A DNA stretch of 32,000 nt from Aeropyrum pernix K1 (GCF_000011125.1 NC_000854.2:1170001-1202000), one strand, 5' to 3'. Shown: positions 15,715 to 26,014, counted from the first letter of the stretch. Notes: generated from the sequence alone by a model not told the origin. Made by a program: numbers and translations.

Positions 15715-16812
15715 CTAGAGCTTTCTGACAACAAGTTTGCCTCTGATCTTGGCGTAAACGCCATAATCTATCTCGATCCTCCTCTTCAAATAGTATTCTA
15801 GCGGCTGTGCAAGCGGTTTGGCTTCTTCTATAGCATCGGTAACTATAAGACTGTAAGCATCGCTTCCGGCTCCGCTGCCGAAGGGGGCAACCAGTATCCT
15901 GTCACCCGGCTTGGCCACATCAAGAACCTTAACCAGGCCTAGGAGGGCGCTTGCGTTATACGTGTTTCCTATGAAGGGTGTTACCAGGCCGGGCTTCACC
16001 TGCTCCATAGTGAACCCCAGCTTTTTAGCAACTTTAACAGGGAACTTGCCGTTAGGCTGATGGAATATAGCGTAGTCGAAGTCTCCCGGCGATAATCCGG
16101 TTTTCTCAAAAAGCCCTTTTACAGCACTCTCTATATGGTGGAAGTACGCTGGCTCCCCAGTGAAGCCCTCACCATGGCTGGGATAGGGCTTCAGACCTCT
16201 CCTCCAGAAGTCGGGAGTGTCTGTCACATATGTGAAGCTGGACTCGAAAACTGCGGCGGCGCCTTTTGAAGGACCTATAACAAACGCTGCAGCACCGCTG
16301 GAGGCACTAAACTCTAGCACGTCGCCGGGGCTGGCCTGGGCAGTATCGCTGCCGACTACTAGTGTGTAGCCTACAACGCCGGATGCAACTAGGCCTATAG
16401 AAGCTCTCATCCCCTCGCTAGCAGCCCTGCAGGCAAACTCCAGGTCGCTGGCCATTGTAACGGGCGTTATACCCAGAGCCTCCGCTATTATGGTGGCGCT
16501 CGGCTTGACTGCATAGGGCTTCGACTCGCTGCCGAAGAATACGGCACCTATACTGGCCGGGTCCACCCTAGCCCTGGCTATCGCGTTTCTAGCGGCTTCA
16601 ACCCCCATGGTCGTGGAGTCCTCATCAACCCCTCCTACAGCCTTCTCGTACACGTCCAACGCTTTCCACTGATGGTCAGGCCAGCCCCAGACTCTAGCTA
16701 TTTCCCGCGTGGGAATCCTGTATACAGGTACGTATGCACCCCACCCGTGTATCCCTGCTGACGATTCAGGCGTCTTGCCGACAAGGCTATCTACAGGCAT
16801 TCTAAACACCAC
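15715..16812 (-). CDS. Hydroxymethylglutaryl-CoA synthase (archaeal type)
   Basis: 365-aa ORF with condensing-enzyme architecture: GIHGWGAYVPVYRI..., ...ASDLEFACRAASEGM (active-site Cys region), ...FHQPNGKF..., ...GNTYNASALLGL. It is the first gene of the HMGCS-thiolase-DUF35 set. The start is GTG 16812 or ATG 16800. Confidence 0.92.
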   Translation of the reverse strand: MVFRMPVDSLVGKTPESSAGIHGWGAYVPVYRIPTREIARVWGWPDHQWKALDVYEKAVGGVDEDSTTMGVEAARNAIARARVDPASIGAVFFGSESKPYAVKPSATIIAEALGITPVTMASDLEFACRAASEGMRASIGLVASGVVGYTLVVGSDTAQASPGDVLEFSASSGAAAFVIGPSKGAAAVFESSFTYVTDTPDFWRRGLKPYPSHGEGFTGEPAYFHHIESAVKGLFEKTGLSPGDFDYAIFHQPNGKFPVKVAKKLGFTMEQVKPGLVTPFIGNTYNASALLGLVKVLDVAKPGDRILVAPFGSGAGSDAYSLIVTDAIEEAKPLAQPLEYYLKRRIEIDYGVYAKIRGKLVVRKL

Positions 16813-16898
16813 ACTAACCCGGGTCAGAGCGATTACGTGTAGCCAAGACTTAATAATGGTTCAGTCTATAGTATTACAGAGAATACGGCTATAGTCGA

Positions 16899-17987
16899 AT
16901 GTATTCGGTGTCGCTAATGCACGGAAACCCTAAGACAGCCATCAGGCCTGCAGGATGGCACTATGGGAGGAGGGTCTACTGGATAGAAGGCTTGCCACTG
17001 ATAGGCCACATAGCATTCGGGGTCATAGATCGAGGGACGAATGTGCTCCAGGTAAGGCCAAGTACATTGTGCTTTCACAACTGCATATTCTGCAGCGTGG
17101 ACGCCGGGCCCAGCAGCAGGCGGAGGAGAAGTGAGTATACGGTCGAGTGGGAGCAGCTTGTCGTGTGGGTAGAGAAAGTAGCAAGGGTAAAGGGGGGCGG
17201 GCTCGAGGCTCTGATAGACGGGGTTGGAGAACCCTTAACACACCCCCATATAACCAGGATTATCAAGGCCCTCAAGGGGCTGGATGCCATAGAACGAGTA
17301 GCCCTGGAAACCCATGGGGGAAGTTTATCCAAAAGCCTGGCCCGCGCGCTTGAGAAAGCAGGATTAGACAGGATAAACCTGAGTGTAGATGCTGCCGACC
17401 CCAGGCTAGCCCGCTCGCTAGTGGGCGTAGACTGGTACGGAGTTGACAGGGTTTTGAAGACGGCCGAGTGGATAATAGCCAACACGTCCATAGACGTCGT
17501 TCTAACACCCGTCGTGCTCCCAGGGGTAAACGAGAAGGAGATGGCTACCCTGGTGCATTGGGCTAGGCGGGTGGGCGCCGGGAGGAAGAGCGGATGGCCA
17601 ACAGGGGTTTTGATTCAGAAGTTCGAGATACACAAGTACGGGAGAAAGCCGTCTACCGTTAAAAGCGTCTGGGGGTGGAGGAGGTTCTACACTTGGCTTG
17701 CCAGGCTTGAGAAGGAGACGGGCTATCGGCTTCTAGTAGACCCGGGAGAGATAGGCTTCAAGCCTAGGCCGAGGGTAGAGAAGCCTTTCGAAAGGGGTGA
17801 CAGGGTGACCTTAGTCCTAGTAGGGCCTGGGTGGCACAAGGGCGAGTTGCTAGCTGTTGATCGCGGGTGGAGGAGGGTTGTAGCGCTCTATGGATTAACA
17901 GAGGGTGAGGCGCTGACACCGGGTGCCGAGGTCGAGGCAAGGATAGTTCGGGATAAGGACAACATTTTCATAGCGGTTCCATACTAG
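16899..17987 (+). CDS. Radical SAM protein with a C-terminal TRAM/OB-like extension (COG2100-like)
   Basis: 362-aa ORF. The radical SAM cluster motif is CFHNCIFCS (CxxxCxxC). GVGEPL is a SAM-binding glycine motif. The C-terminal ~70 aa (ERGDRVTLVLVG...AEVEARIVRDKDNIFIAVPY) look like a small beta-barrel. Confidence 0.8.
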   Translation: MYSVSLMHGNPKTAIRPAGWHYGRRVYWIEGLPLIGHIAFGVIDRGTNVLQVRPSTLCFHNCIFCSVDAGPSSRRRRSEYTVEWEQLVVWVEKVARVKGGGLEALIDGVGEPLTHPHITRIIKALKGLDAIERVALETHGGSLSKSLARALEKAGLDRINLSVDAADPRLARSLVGVDWYGVDRVLKTAEWIIANTSIDVVLTPVVLPGVNEKEMATLVHWARRVGAGRKSGWPTGVLIQKFEIHKYGRKPSTVKSVWGWRRFYTWLARLEKETGYRLLVDPGEIGFKPRPRVEKPFERGDRVTLVLVGPGWHKGELLAVDRGWRRVVALYGLTEGEALTPGAEVEARIVRDKDNIFIAVPY

Positions 17988-18034
17988 CAGGTGTGAGCCG
18001 ATAATAGCCGCGCCGCCTAAGACTAAACTAGGGG

Positions 18035-18865
18035 TTGTACCGAGTCTTGGAGACCCCGGAGCGCATAGGCCTAGCCCTAATAACGTTCCTCTCGTCGCCG
18101 ATAAAGCCGGGAAGCCTACACAGGCTAGTGCCCTCCGGAATCTTCGAGGCTAGACTGGGAGAGGCATATATAGTGGCGCGTGCAGCTCAAAAGGCATTTA
18201 AAAGCGGTGAGGACCTGGGCTCTGGGAGGCTTGACGCCAAGTCACTTGGTCTAGGCAGGATCATATCTTCATCAATAATTGAAACCTTCGATTCTATAGG
18301 AGAGAAGCCCATACCGGGCGTACACGCCGCGGTCATAACGCTCTCCCTCCTGGCGGGGCTGGCCGGAAGGGAGGGTAGGGTTCTGTCGCAGAACCTCTCA
18401 GCCACAGTTAGAAGAGTACTTTACCGTTCCTCACCGGAGGATTCCGTGTCCCTAGTGGAGAGCCTAGAAGCTGTGGGCGCCTCGAGCCTTGTAGAGGTCC
18501 TCGAGAAAGAGGGTATCAGGAGGAGTACTATACTAGCCTACGGCTATACTCTAGGCGATATATTCGAGAAGATTCAGGATGCAGATACAGGCTTCTCGAT
18601 AAACATGAAGGGGTATGGAAGGCTTCTTACAGTATACCGGGCCGCCTCGAAGCAGAAAAACCTTGTTGCAGCCTCCATAGCATCGTATCTCGAAGCTATG
18701 AAGCTAGTGGGCGTGGAGGCGCCAGCATTGAACGCCAGGGAACTGGTTGAGGCGGACAGGAGGCTCAGATCGCAGGGCTTCAAAGGGGAGAGGCTCCTGG
18801 GGCTGGCCGCGGCTGGCACTGCACTCGCCTACTTAGAGAAGCCGATGCCAATCTCGTCCATCTAA
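18035..18865 (+). CDS. Hypothetical protein, weakly CitG-like (triphosphoribosyl-dephospho-CoA synthase family, COG1767-like)
   Basis: 276-aa ORF with a TTG start 47 nt after the radical SAM gene. SSPIKPGSLHR resembles the CitG TPKPGLVDR motif. IPGVHAAVITLSLLAGLAG resembles the CitG G-x-N-T-H-x-G-x-I-F-x-L-G-L-L block. The family call is by eye and weak. Confidence 0.55.
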   Translation: MYRVLETPERIGLALITFLSSPIKPGSLHRLVPSGIFEARLGEAYIVARAAQKAFKSGEDLGSGRLDAKSLGLGRIISSSIIETFDSIGEKPIPGVHAAVITLSLLAGLAGREGRVLSQNLSATVRRVLYRSSPEDSVSLVESLEAVGASSLVEVLEKEGIRRSTILAYGYTLGDIFEKIQDADTGFSINMKGYGRLLTVYRAASKQKNLVAASIASYLEAMKLVGVEAPALNARELVEADRRLRSQGFKGERLLGLAAAGTALAYLEKPMPISSI

Positions 18866-18870
18866 TCCAT

Positions 18871-19641
18871 CTAATAATACGTTTTCATAAGCAGTATCCT
18901 GAGGGCGAGGCCTAGCCTCCTCTTATCAACTAGCAAAGGCGCCAGGGCAACGCCTGTAAGAAAACCTCCCACGTGGGCCCAGAAGGCTATACCGGCGGAG
19001 ACGCCTGAGACTGATGTGGCGAGCCCCATTACCAGCTGGTATACGAACCAGAATCCTATAAAGATGCTTGCAGGCACGCTGAGAACGAGGGGGAACCAGC
19101 CCCAGAAGGTCAACATCCTAACCCGGCTGAAGGGTATTAACAGGGCATAGGCCCCGAGGACGCCCGATATCGCCCCTGAAGCCCCCACTGCAGGGATCAT
19201 CCACGGGTTTGCGCTGGACAACGCCGCGTTTATAAGGGCTTCGGAGGGCATGAACGCTATGCTGGCTATGTGGAATACAACCGCCCCCAGCCCGCTCCCT
19301 ATATAGAGTATGATGTACCTAGCCCTCCCCAGAATAGACTCTATGTTATCCCCGAAAATGTAGAGATACAGCATGTTGCCCAGTATATGGGCCCAGCTGC
19401 CGTGTAGAAACATTGACGTGAAGACAGTGTAGAGCCTCTCCCCCGCGACAACATAGGCGGGTATCATGCCCAGGGCCGCTATAACATCACTATAGCTCCT
19501 GCTACCGGGCACTATAACCCACGGAGCTGTTAATCCCACTATAAAAGCCGCAAAGTTCAACGCTATTATGGACATGTTTACAATGGGGGCGCCCAGCTCC
19601 CTCACATCCTCGTCTCCAAGGGGTATGCCCAAGCCCGGCAT
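18871..19641 (-). CDS. Rhomboid family intramembrane serine protease
   Basis: 256-aa polytopic ORF with rhomboid signatures: FLHGSWAHILGNMLYLYIFGDNIE, the catalytic GASGAISGVLGAY (GxSG), and a downstream AHVGGFLTG histidine. Confidence 0.85.
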   Translation of the reverse strand: MPGLGIPLGDEDVRELGAPIVNMSIIALNFAAFIVGLTAPWVIVPGSRSYSDVIAALGMIPAYVVAGERLYTVFTSMFLHGSWAHILGNMLYLYIFGDNIESILGRARYIILYIGSGLGAVVFHIASIAFMPSEALINAALSSANPWMIPAVGASGAISGVLGAYALLIPFSRVRMLTFWGWFPLVLSVPASIFIGFWFVYQLVMGLATSVSGVSAGIAFWAHVGGFLTGVALAPLLVDKRRLGLALRILLMKTYY

Positions 19642-19798
19642 CCTCCACGTTTGTCCCGTCTCCTACAGCAGGTCCACATACCTAAGTCGAGTGAGGCCAG
19701 TTTTTAAATGTGAGTTGAATAGGTCTCAAAAGAACGATAATAAATCCCTAGGAGGTACAGTGGCCGCTGATTATAGGTAGTGGGGGGTTAAGATCGGC

Positions 19799-20716
19799 AT
19801 GGGAAAGATGGTTTCGTCAACGGCTGGCTACAGGAGCTCGGCACTGGGCAAGCTTAAGGCTTTTATAAGCTTGACTAAGCCTAGGCAGCTTGCCCTGCTA
19901 ATGCTGACCATGTATGGGGCGTATTTCGCCGGGGGAGGCAGTCTAGACCCACGTATGCTTGCGCTTCTTACGATCATGGGGTTCACAAGTATAGGGGGGG
20001 TTACCGCATTTAACATGTACTTCGACAGGGATATAGACGCGATAATGGGCAGGACCAGGAGGAGGCCTCTGCCCTCCGGTGTCTTAAACCCCTATGAAGC
20101 CTTAGCCGGCAGCCTTGCGCTCGTGATCGCTGGGGTTCTCTCTGCCGCAGCCATAAACACTTACGTAGCGCTTACTGTGATCGCCGGCCTGTATTTTGAC
20201 ATCATAGCCTATACACAGCTGACAAAGAGGTTCACACCCTTGAGCATAATATTCGGGAGCATAGCGGGCAGTATGCCTGCCCTAGGCGGGTGGGCGGCTG
20301 CAGCGGGCTCGATAACAACGGGAGGAGTACTTATGGCTCTCATAGTCTTCCTCTGGCAGCCGATGCACGTCTGGTTCCTGGGATACTATTTCAAGGAGGA
20401 GTATAGCGTGGCGCGTATACCGATACTTCCGAGCAACGGGAACCCGAGACTTGTTTCCAGCCTTATAGCTGTCAGCCTCGCTGGTCTCATAGCCGTCGCG
20501 TGGGCCTTCGCCCTCTATTATGGATATGGGTTCCTGACCGCCGTCATCACCACAGTGCTTGCAGCACTAGCCATATCGAGGATAGGAGGGTTCGCCAGAA
20601 CAGGTGAGAGGCGGGAGGCCCTAAAGCTATTCAAGTTCGCTAGCCCCATAATAGCGGTTGTTTTCATAATACTCCCGCTAGAGAGAACGCTAGTCTATAC
20701 ACTGCTACTGGGATAG
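19799..20716 (+). CDS. ctaB: Protoheme IX farnesyltransferase (heme O synthase), UbiA superfamily
   Basis: 305-aa polytopic ORF: LTKPRQLALLMLT..., the Asp-rich prenyltransferase motif NMYFDRDIDAIMGRTRRRPLPSG, and the second motif region WQPMHVWFLG. Confidence 0.9.
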   Translation: MGKMVSSTAGYRSSALGKLKAFISLTKPRQLALLMLTMYGAYFAGGGSLDPRMLALLTIMGFTSIGGVTAFNMYFDRDIDAIMGRTRRRPLPSGVLNPYEALAGSLALVIAGVLSAAAINTYVALTVIAGLYFDIIAYTQLTKRFTPLSIIFGSIAGSMPALGGWAAAAGSITTGGVLMALIVFLWQPMHVWFLGYYFKEEYSVARIPILPSNGNPRLVSSLIAVSLAGLIAVAWAFALYYGYGFLTAVITTVLAALAISRIGGFARTGERREALKLFKFASPIIAVVFIILPLERTLVYTLLLG

Positions 20717-20723
20717 GCGTATT

Positions 20724-21521
20724 GTGAAAGGTGTTAGAGTAGTGGCAGGGCGTGAGGGGCAGGATTGGAACGCGCTGGCTGGCCATATACTGTTGGGGCT
20801 GGCTGGCATACCTTTCATGGCGTTCATAGTGCTACCCGAAGACCTAGGGTTCTCCATGTTAGCCTTAGGCATGTACATGGCTGGTGCAGCCGCCATAGTC
20901 TCCGCGGTAAGGAGCGTTAAGAGCTTAGCAGCTAGCCTGGCACTCATGCTAGGAGCCCTCTTAGCGTTCGCCATTAACCCTAAGCTCTGGATAGCCTCTG
21001 TTGTCCTCAACGCCGTGGCATCGCTTCTCGCCTTCACAGGAAATAGGGCGGCGGGCGTGGCAGGGTTAGCGACTATAGTAGCACTGGCCGTAGACTTGAG
21101 CCCCTACAGCTACAAGTGGCTATTGTTATCAGGCTATATAGCACTTATATCACTGGCGTCATTCCTCCTGACCAGAAGGATCCACTCGGTATCAATAGGA
21201 GCGGCGGCTCTAGCCCCCCTGTTTCTGGACCACGAGCTTGCAATGATTATAGCAACAGCCACCCTATACTACTTTATATACTTCGCGGACATACTCGGAG
21301 CGTCCAGATGCCCGTTCAGGGTCGACGAGCCCACCATGCTCTCAAGCGTGCCCATACTACTCATAGGCCTCCTCCTCTGGCTAGGAGGTTTCACGGTGTA
21401 TGCAAAGCCGGTTCTAGCAGCAGGGCTAGTAGTCCTAGCCTCAGCATTTCTAAGACCTGTTTCGCCGGAATACAGCTCCACAGGGGTTGTAGAGGTCGAG
21501 AAAAAGGGAGGGCTAAAATAG
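20724..21521 (+). CDS. Hypothetical polytopic membrane protein (7-8 predicted TM helices)
   Basis: 265-aa ORF with a GTG start 8 nt after the ctaB stop and strongly hydrophobic periodic segments. Competing ORFs (20705..21037 minus, 21116..21688 plus) have R/S/P-rich composition that does not look like protein. Confidence 0.55.
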   Translation: MKGVRVVAGREGQDWNALAGHILLGLAGIPFMAFIVLPEDLGFSMLALGMYMAGAAAIVSAVRSVKSLAASLALMLGALLAFAINPKLWIASVVLNAVASLLAFTGNRAAGVAGLATIVALAVDLSPYSYKWLLLSGYIALISLASFLLTRRIHSVSIGAAALAPLFLDHELAMIIATATLYYFIYFADILGASRCPFRVDEPTMLSSVPILLIGLLLWLGGFTVYAKPVLAAGLVVLASAFLRPVSPEYSSTGVVEVEKKGGLK

Positions 21522-21555
21522 TGTTAGTCACGGGGCCTGATAGGACAGATTTTGT

Positions 21556-24018
21556 TTACGCCTTTCTGAATGCTAACACAACCCCTCCTAGCCCAGCTAG
21601 TAGGGCCAGCACGCTAAGGCCTATGGCCATGTTGCCCCTACTTACGGCCGTCTCAGCGTCGCCCTTCGCCTCCTCTACACCCTTCTGAATAGACGTTCCC
21701 AGATCCTCTATAGCGCCCATTATACCTGAGGTCTTCTCATTTATGAGAGACTCAATCTCGCCTAGCATGGAGTTTACCGTGCTCCTCGTCTTCTCCCCCT
21801 CACTTCTTACCTCGTTTTTGATGTCCTCAGAAGCGGCGTCTATCTTGGAATTTATGGATGACTCGATGTCGCCGAGCCTGGAGGATAGGGTGTCGACGCT
21901 AGCCGATACGTCGTCCAGGCTCCCCTTTATTTCGCCTATATCCTGGCTATTCTGCCTCGCTATCTCCTCCAGCGAGGCCATCCTAGTCTCCAGAGACTCC
22001 AACGCCGAGCCCGTCGACATGGCTGTCTCCCGTACGCTCTCCAGTATCTCCTGCCTGCTAGCGTCTACAGCCCCTAAGACAACGTCAATATATGTTACCT
22101 CTTTCTCCGCGTGTATGGATGAGTCCGAGAAAGCCACTAGCTGCAGCGAATAGGAGCCTGAAGCCAGAGGCGGTAGGATAGTCTTCTGCACAGCCCTACC
22201 CAACTCGTCGGTGAATATTAAACTATCTATCCTGGTGAGGGAGACCCCCTCTATGCTAAGCATGTATACTCCATATGAGGGGAAGTCCTCGAGCTGTATG
22301 CTCGCTATAGCCGCTCTACCAGCCTCCAGCTCCTCAGGAGCTACTATAAGCCTGGGCTGGGGCCTCTCACCCAGCTTAGCGTAGAATATGCTGGTATCTC
22401 CCCCGATGTAGATGAGGGAGCCGACCTTCTTTATCGACATCCTAGCGTCCGTCCAGACAGCGTATACTTGGCCCTGTGAGGCGGCCACGTTGAAGTAGTC
22501 TCCTATGAAGAACACTCCCAAGGCGAAGCTCGCATAATCGGTAACCTGGCCATACTCGATGGACCCGCTGGCGGGGTCAAAGGTGGCGTATATAACGTGG
22601 TAGGACATGTGTGAAGGGTCATTCATAGTGTCACCCCATATCACGTGTACTCGCCCGCTCTCGTCGACGTCGAGCCAGGGGAAGAACTGTAGGCTTCCCT
22701 CGCCCCGGCTGATCATCAGGGGCTCCTCCCAAACCTGGCTCTCCGGGGTCTTGTACACCAGGAACACGTCGCCCGGATCGTCTTGGCCTGCGGAAGCGTA
22801 CGCCACGTATATCGTTCCGTCGGGGGAGACGTCGATTGAGGGGAACATGGAGGCCGCCATTCTGAAGCCGGAGGGCGAGTAATAATCCATCTCCCTCTCT
22901 ATAACCGCTGCCTGCTCAGGCTTGCTCCAGGTTTGACCGAGGTCCTGGGAGACTGAGACCATTATGGCAGCCTTCCCTTCTAGGTAGCCGTCGCTTAGGG
23001 AGTCGTAGTAGGCCACGTATATGGAGCCGTCTGGTGATACGGCGGGGTTCGAGCCCTGGAGGACCTGAATCCCGCCTCCGAACCTCATGCCTTCAGAGGT
23101 GTTCACCGCCTCTGCGACTGTCGAGGGTCCTATCCATGTCGAGCCTCCGTCTGGGGATACTACGGCTGTTATGCGTAATATAGTGGTCGAGAACCCATTT
23201 ATGGTGTCGTATCCGTCGGCTATGGCTGTGTAAGTGACGACTACAACGTCGCTACCCCCGACCCTAGCTGCAGAGATGTAGGGTTTGTCGAGCATGACGC
23301 TGAACGGTATGATTCCGCTCTGGTTCATCTCGTCAATAAGGTAGTCGGGCTCAATAACATGTATAATGCTCCAAGAGGCACCGCCGTCCACACTCTTGGC
23401 GACAACTATAGAAGCCGATAGATAGTAGCCTCCAGGCGTTTCCCTGGGCCCTATAGACATGTAGGCAAGGTAGAATACACCATCGCCCGTTGACGCTAGA
23501 GCCGGGTCTGAATGGTATATATCCCCCTCCTGAGCAAGGGGCATCACCAGAGGTCCAGCCCAGGTGGCACCACCGTCCATGCTATAATACACGCCTATAG
23601 CGTTGGGAAGGCCCGCCAGCCTTTCGTGGTGAGACGCAACTACCACATTATCAGGATTCCCGGGATCAACCGCTATAGAAGGCTCGTGCTCATAGCCGAA
23701 AATACCGCTTTCAACACTAACCTTATGGTTCCTCGTGAAAGACATTGTGAAGCTGTCGTAGGGGTCGTTAATGCTATAGGCTACAGTACTGCTCACGAGT
23801 AGATTATCATTTAGTGCTGGAGACGGCTCCCCGGCGGTCATGCCAACGCCCACACTGTAGTAGAAGTTCCCGCTAGGGCCTGCAATCTGGCCGCTATAGT
23901 TCCCCAGATCGCCTTGATAGCCCGCTAAAGCAGGCGGGGCTGCTATGACAGCGAGTAGTATTAGAAGCGGTGCAATCCTGGAAAGGATTCCCACGATCAT
24001 GCACCCCGAGGTCCTCAC
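21556..24018 (-). CDS. Secreted BNR/Asp-box beta-propeller (sialidase-like fold) protein with coiled-coil stalk and C-terminal TM anchor
   Basis: 820-aa ORF. N-terminal signal-like segment: IAPLLILLAVIAAPPALAG. Four Asp-boxes: SMDGGATW, SVDGGASW, SPDGGSTW, SQDLGQTW. A ~140-aa helical region covers residues ~652-793. The terminal TM is AIGLSVLALLAGLGGVVLAF followed by RKA. The start is GTG 24018 or ATG 24000. Confidence 0.85.
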   Translation of the reverse strand: MRTSGCMIVGILSRIAPLLILLAVIAAPPALAGYQGDLGNYSGQIAGPSGNFYYSVGVGMTAGEPSPALNDNLLVSSTVAYSINDPYDSFTMSFTRNHKVSVESGIFGYEHEPSIAVDPGNPDNVVVASHHERLAGLPNAIGVYYSMDGGATWAGPLVMPLAQEGDIYHSDPALASTGDGVFYLAYMSIGPRETPGGYYLSASIVVAKSVDGGASWSIIHVIEPDYLIDEMNQSGIIPFSVMLDKPYISAARVGGSDVVVVTYTAIADGYDTINGFSTTILRITAVVSPDGGSTWIGPSTVAEAVNTSEGMRFGGGIQVLQGSNPAVSPDGSIYVAYYDSLSDGYLEGKAAIMVSVSQDLGQTWSKPEQAAVIEREMDYYSPSGFRMAASMFPSIDVSPDGTIYVAYASAGQDDPGDVFLVYKTPESQVWEEPLMISRGEGSLQFFPWLDVDESGRVHVIWGDTMNDPSHMSYHVIYATFDPASGSIEYGQVTDYASFALGVFFIGDYFNVAASQGQVYAVWTDARMSIKKVGSLIYIGGDTSIFYAKLGERPQPRLIVAPEELEAGRAAIASIQLEDFPSYGVYMLSIEGVSLTRIDSLIFTDELGRAVQKTILPPLASGSYSLQLVAFSDSSIHAEKEVTYIDVVLGAVDASRQEILESVRETAMSTGSALESLETRMASLEEIARQNSQDIGEIKGSLDDVSASVDTLSSRLGDIESSINSKIDAASEDIKNEVRSEGEKTRSTVNSMLGEIESLINEKTSGIMGAIEDLGTSIQKGVEEAKGDAETAVSRGNMAIGLSVLALLAGLGGVVLAFRKA

Positions 24019-24136
24019 GACTGGGTTTATACTTGTAAATACGAATTAATAAATAGATAGCCCTCGGCCGGCTAGCGACAGACATATAGATGCCCGCGCC
24101 ATGGCGGGAGGAAGCGTAGAGCAAGTGTGTGTAGGG

Positions 24137-24213
24137 TGGTGGACCGGCCGGGATTTGAACCCGGGGCCTCCCGGGTGCAAGCCGGGCGCTCTTCCAGGCT
24201 GAGCTACCGGCCC
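24137..24213 (-). tRNA. tRNA-Ala (anticodon UGC); 3' CCA is encoded
   Basis: The reverse complement is GGGCCGG-TA-GCTC-AGCCTGGAA-GAGC-G-CCCGG-CTTGCAC-CCGGG-AGGCC-CCGGG-TTCAAAT-CCCGG-CCGGTCC-A-CCA. It contains the G3:U70 wobble pair that is the alanine identity element. A GGTTAAAAACTCC box (24242..24254) lies upstream. Confidence 0.92.
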
Positions 24214-24307
24214 ACCCAGGCTAAACTAACATATGTCTACAGGAGTTTTTAACCTATTACCGCCTAGACAGTTTTCAGCCCCAACAAACAACCTTTCATG
24301 CAGGTGA

Positions 24308-25973
<1,666 letters not shown>

Positions 25974-26014
25974 CTCCGCCTAAATTTCCGCCGGCCACTA
26001 TATTTTAGCATGGG

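Noticed and set aside
14357-17508. Assorted alternative-frame ORFs inside the mevalonate genes and the radical SAM gene, such as 14494..14772, 14881..15189, 17075..17491 and 17272..17508.
   Set aside because: Each overlaps a gene carrying strong family motifs, and their translations are low-complexity.
20705-21688. The minus-strand ORF 20705..21037 and the plus-strand ORF 21116..21688 (190 aa), both overlapping the membrane protein gene.
   Set aside because: Their composition is Ala/Arg/Ser/Pro-rich with no domain-like pattern. The in-frame membrane protein has regular hydrophobic helices and is tightly coupled to ctaB. ORF 21116..21688 would also run antisense into the 3' end of the BNR gene.
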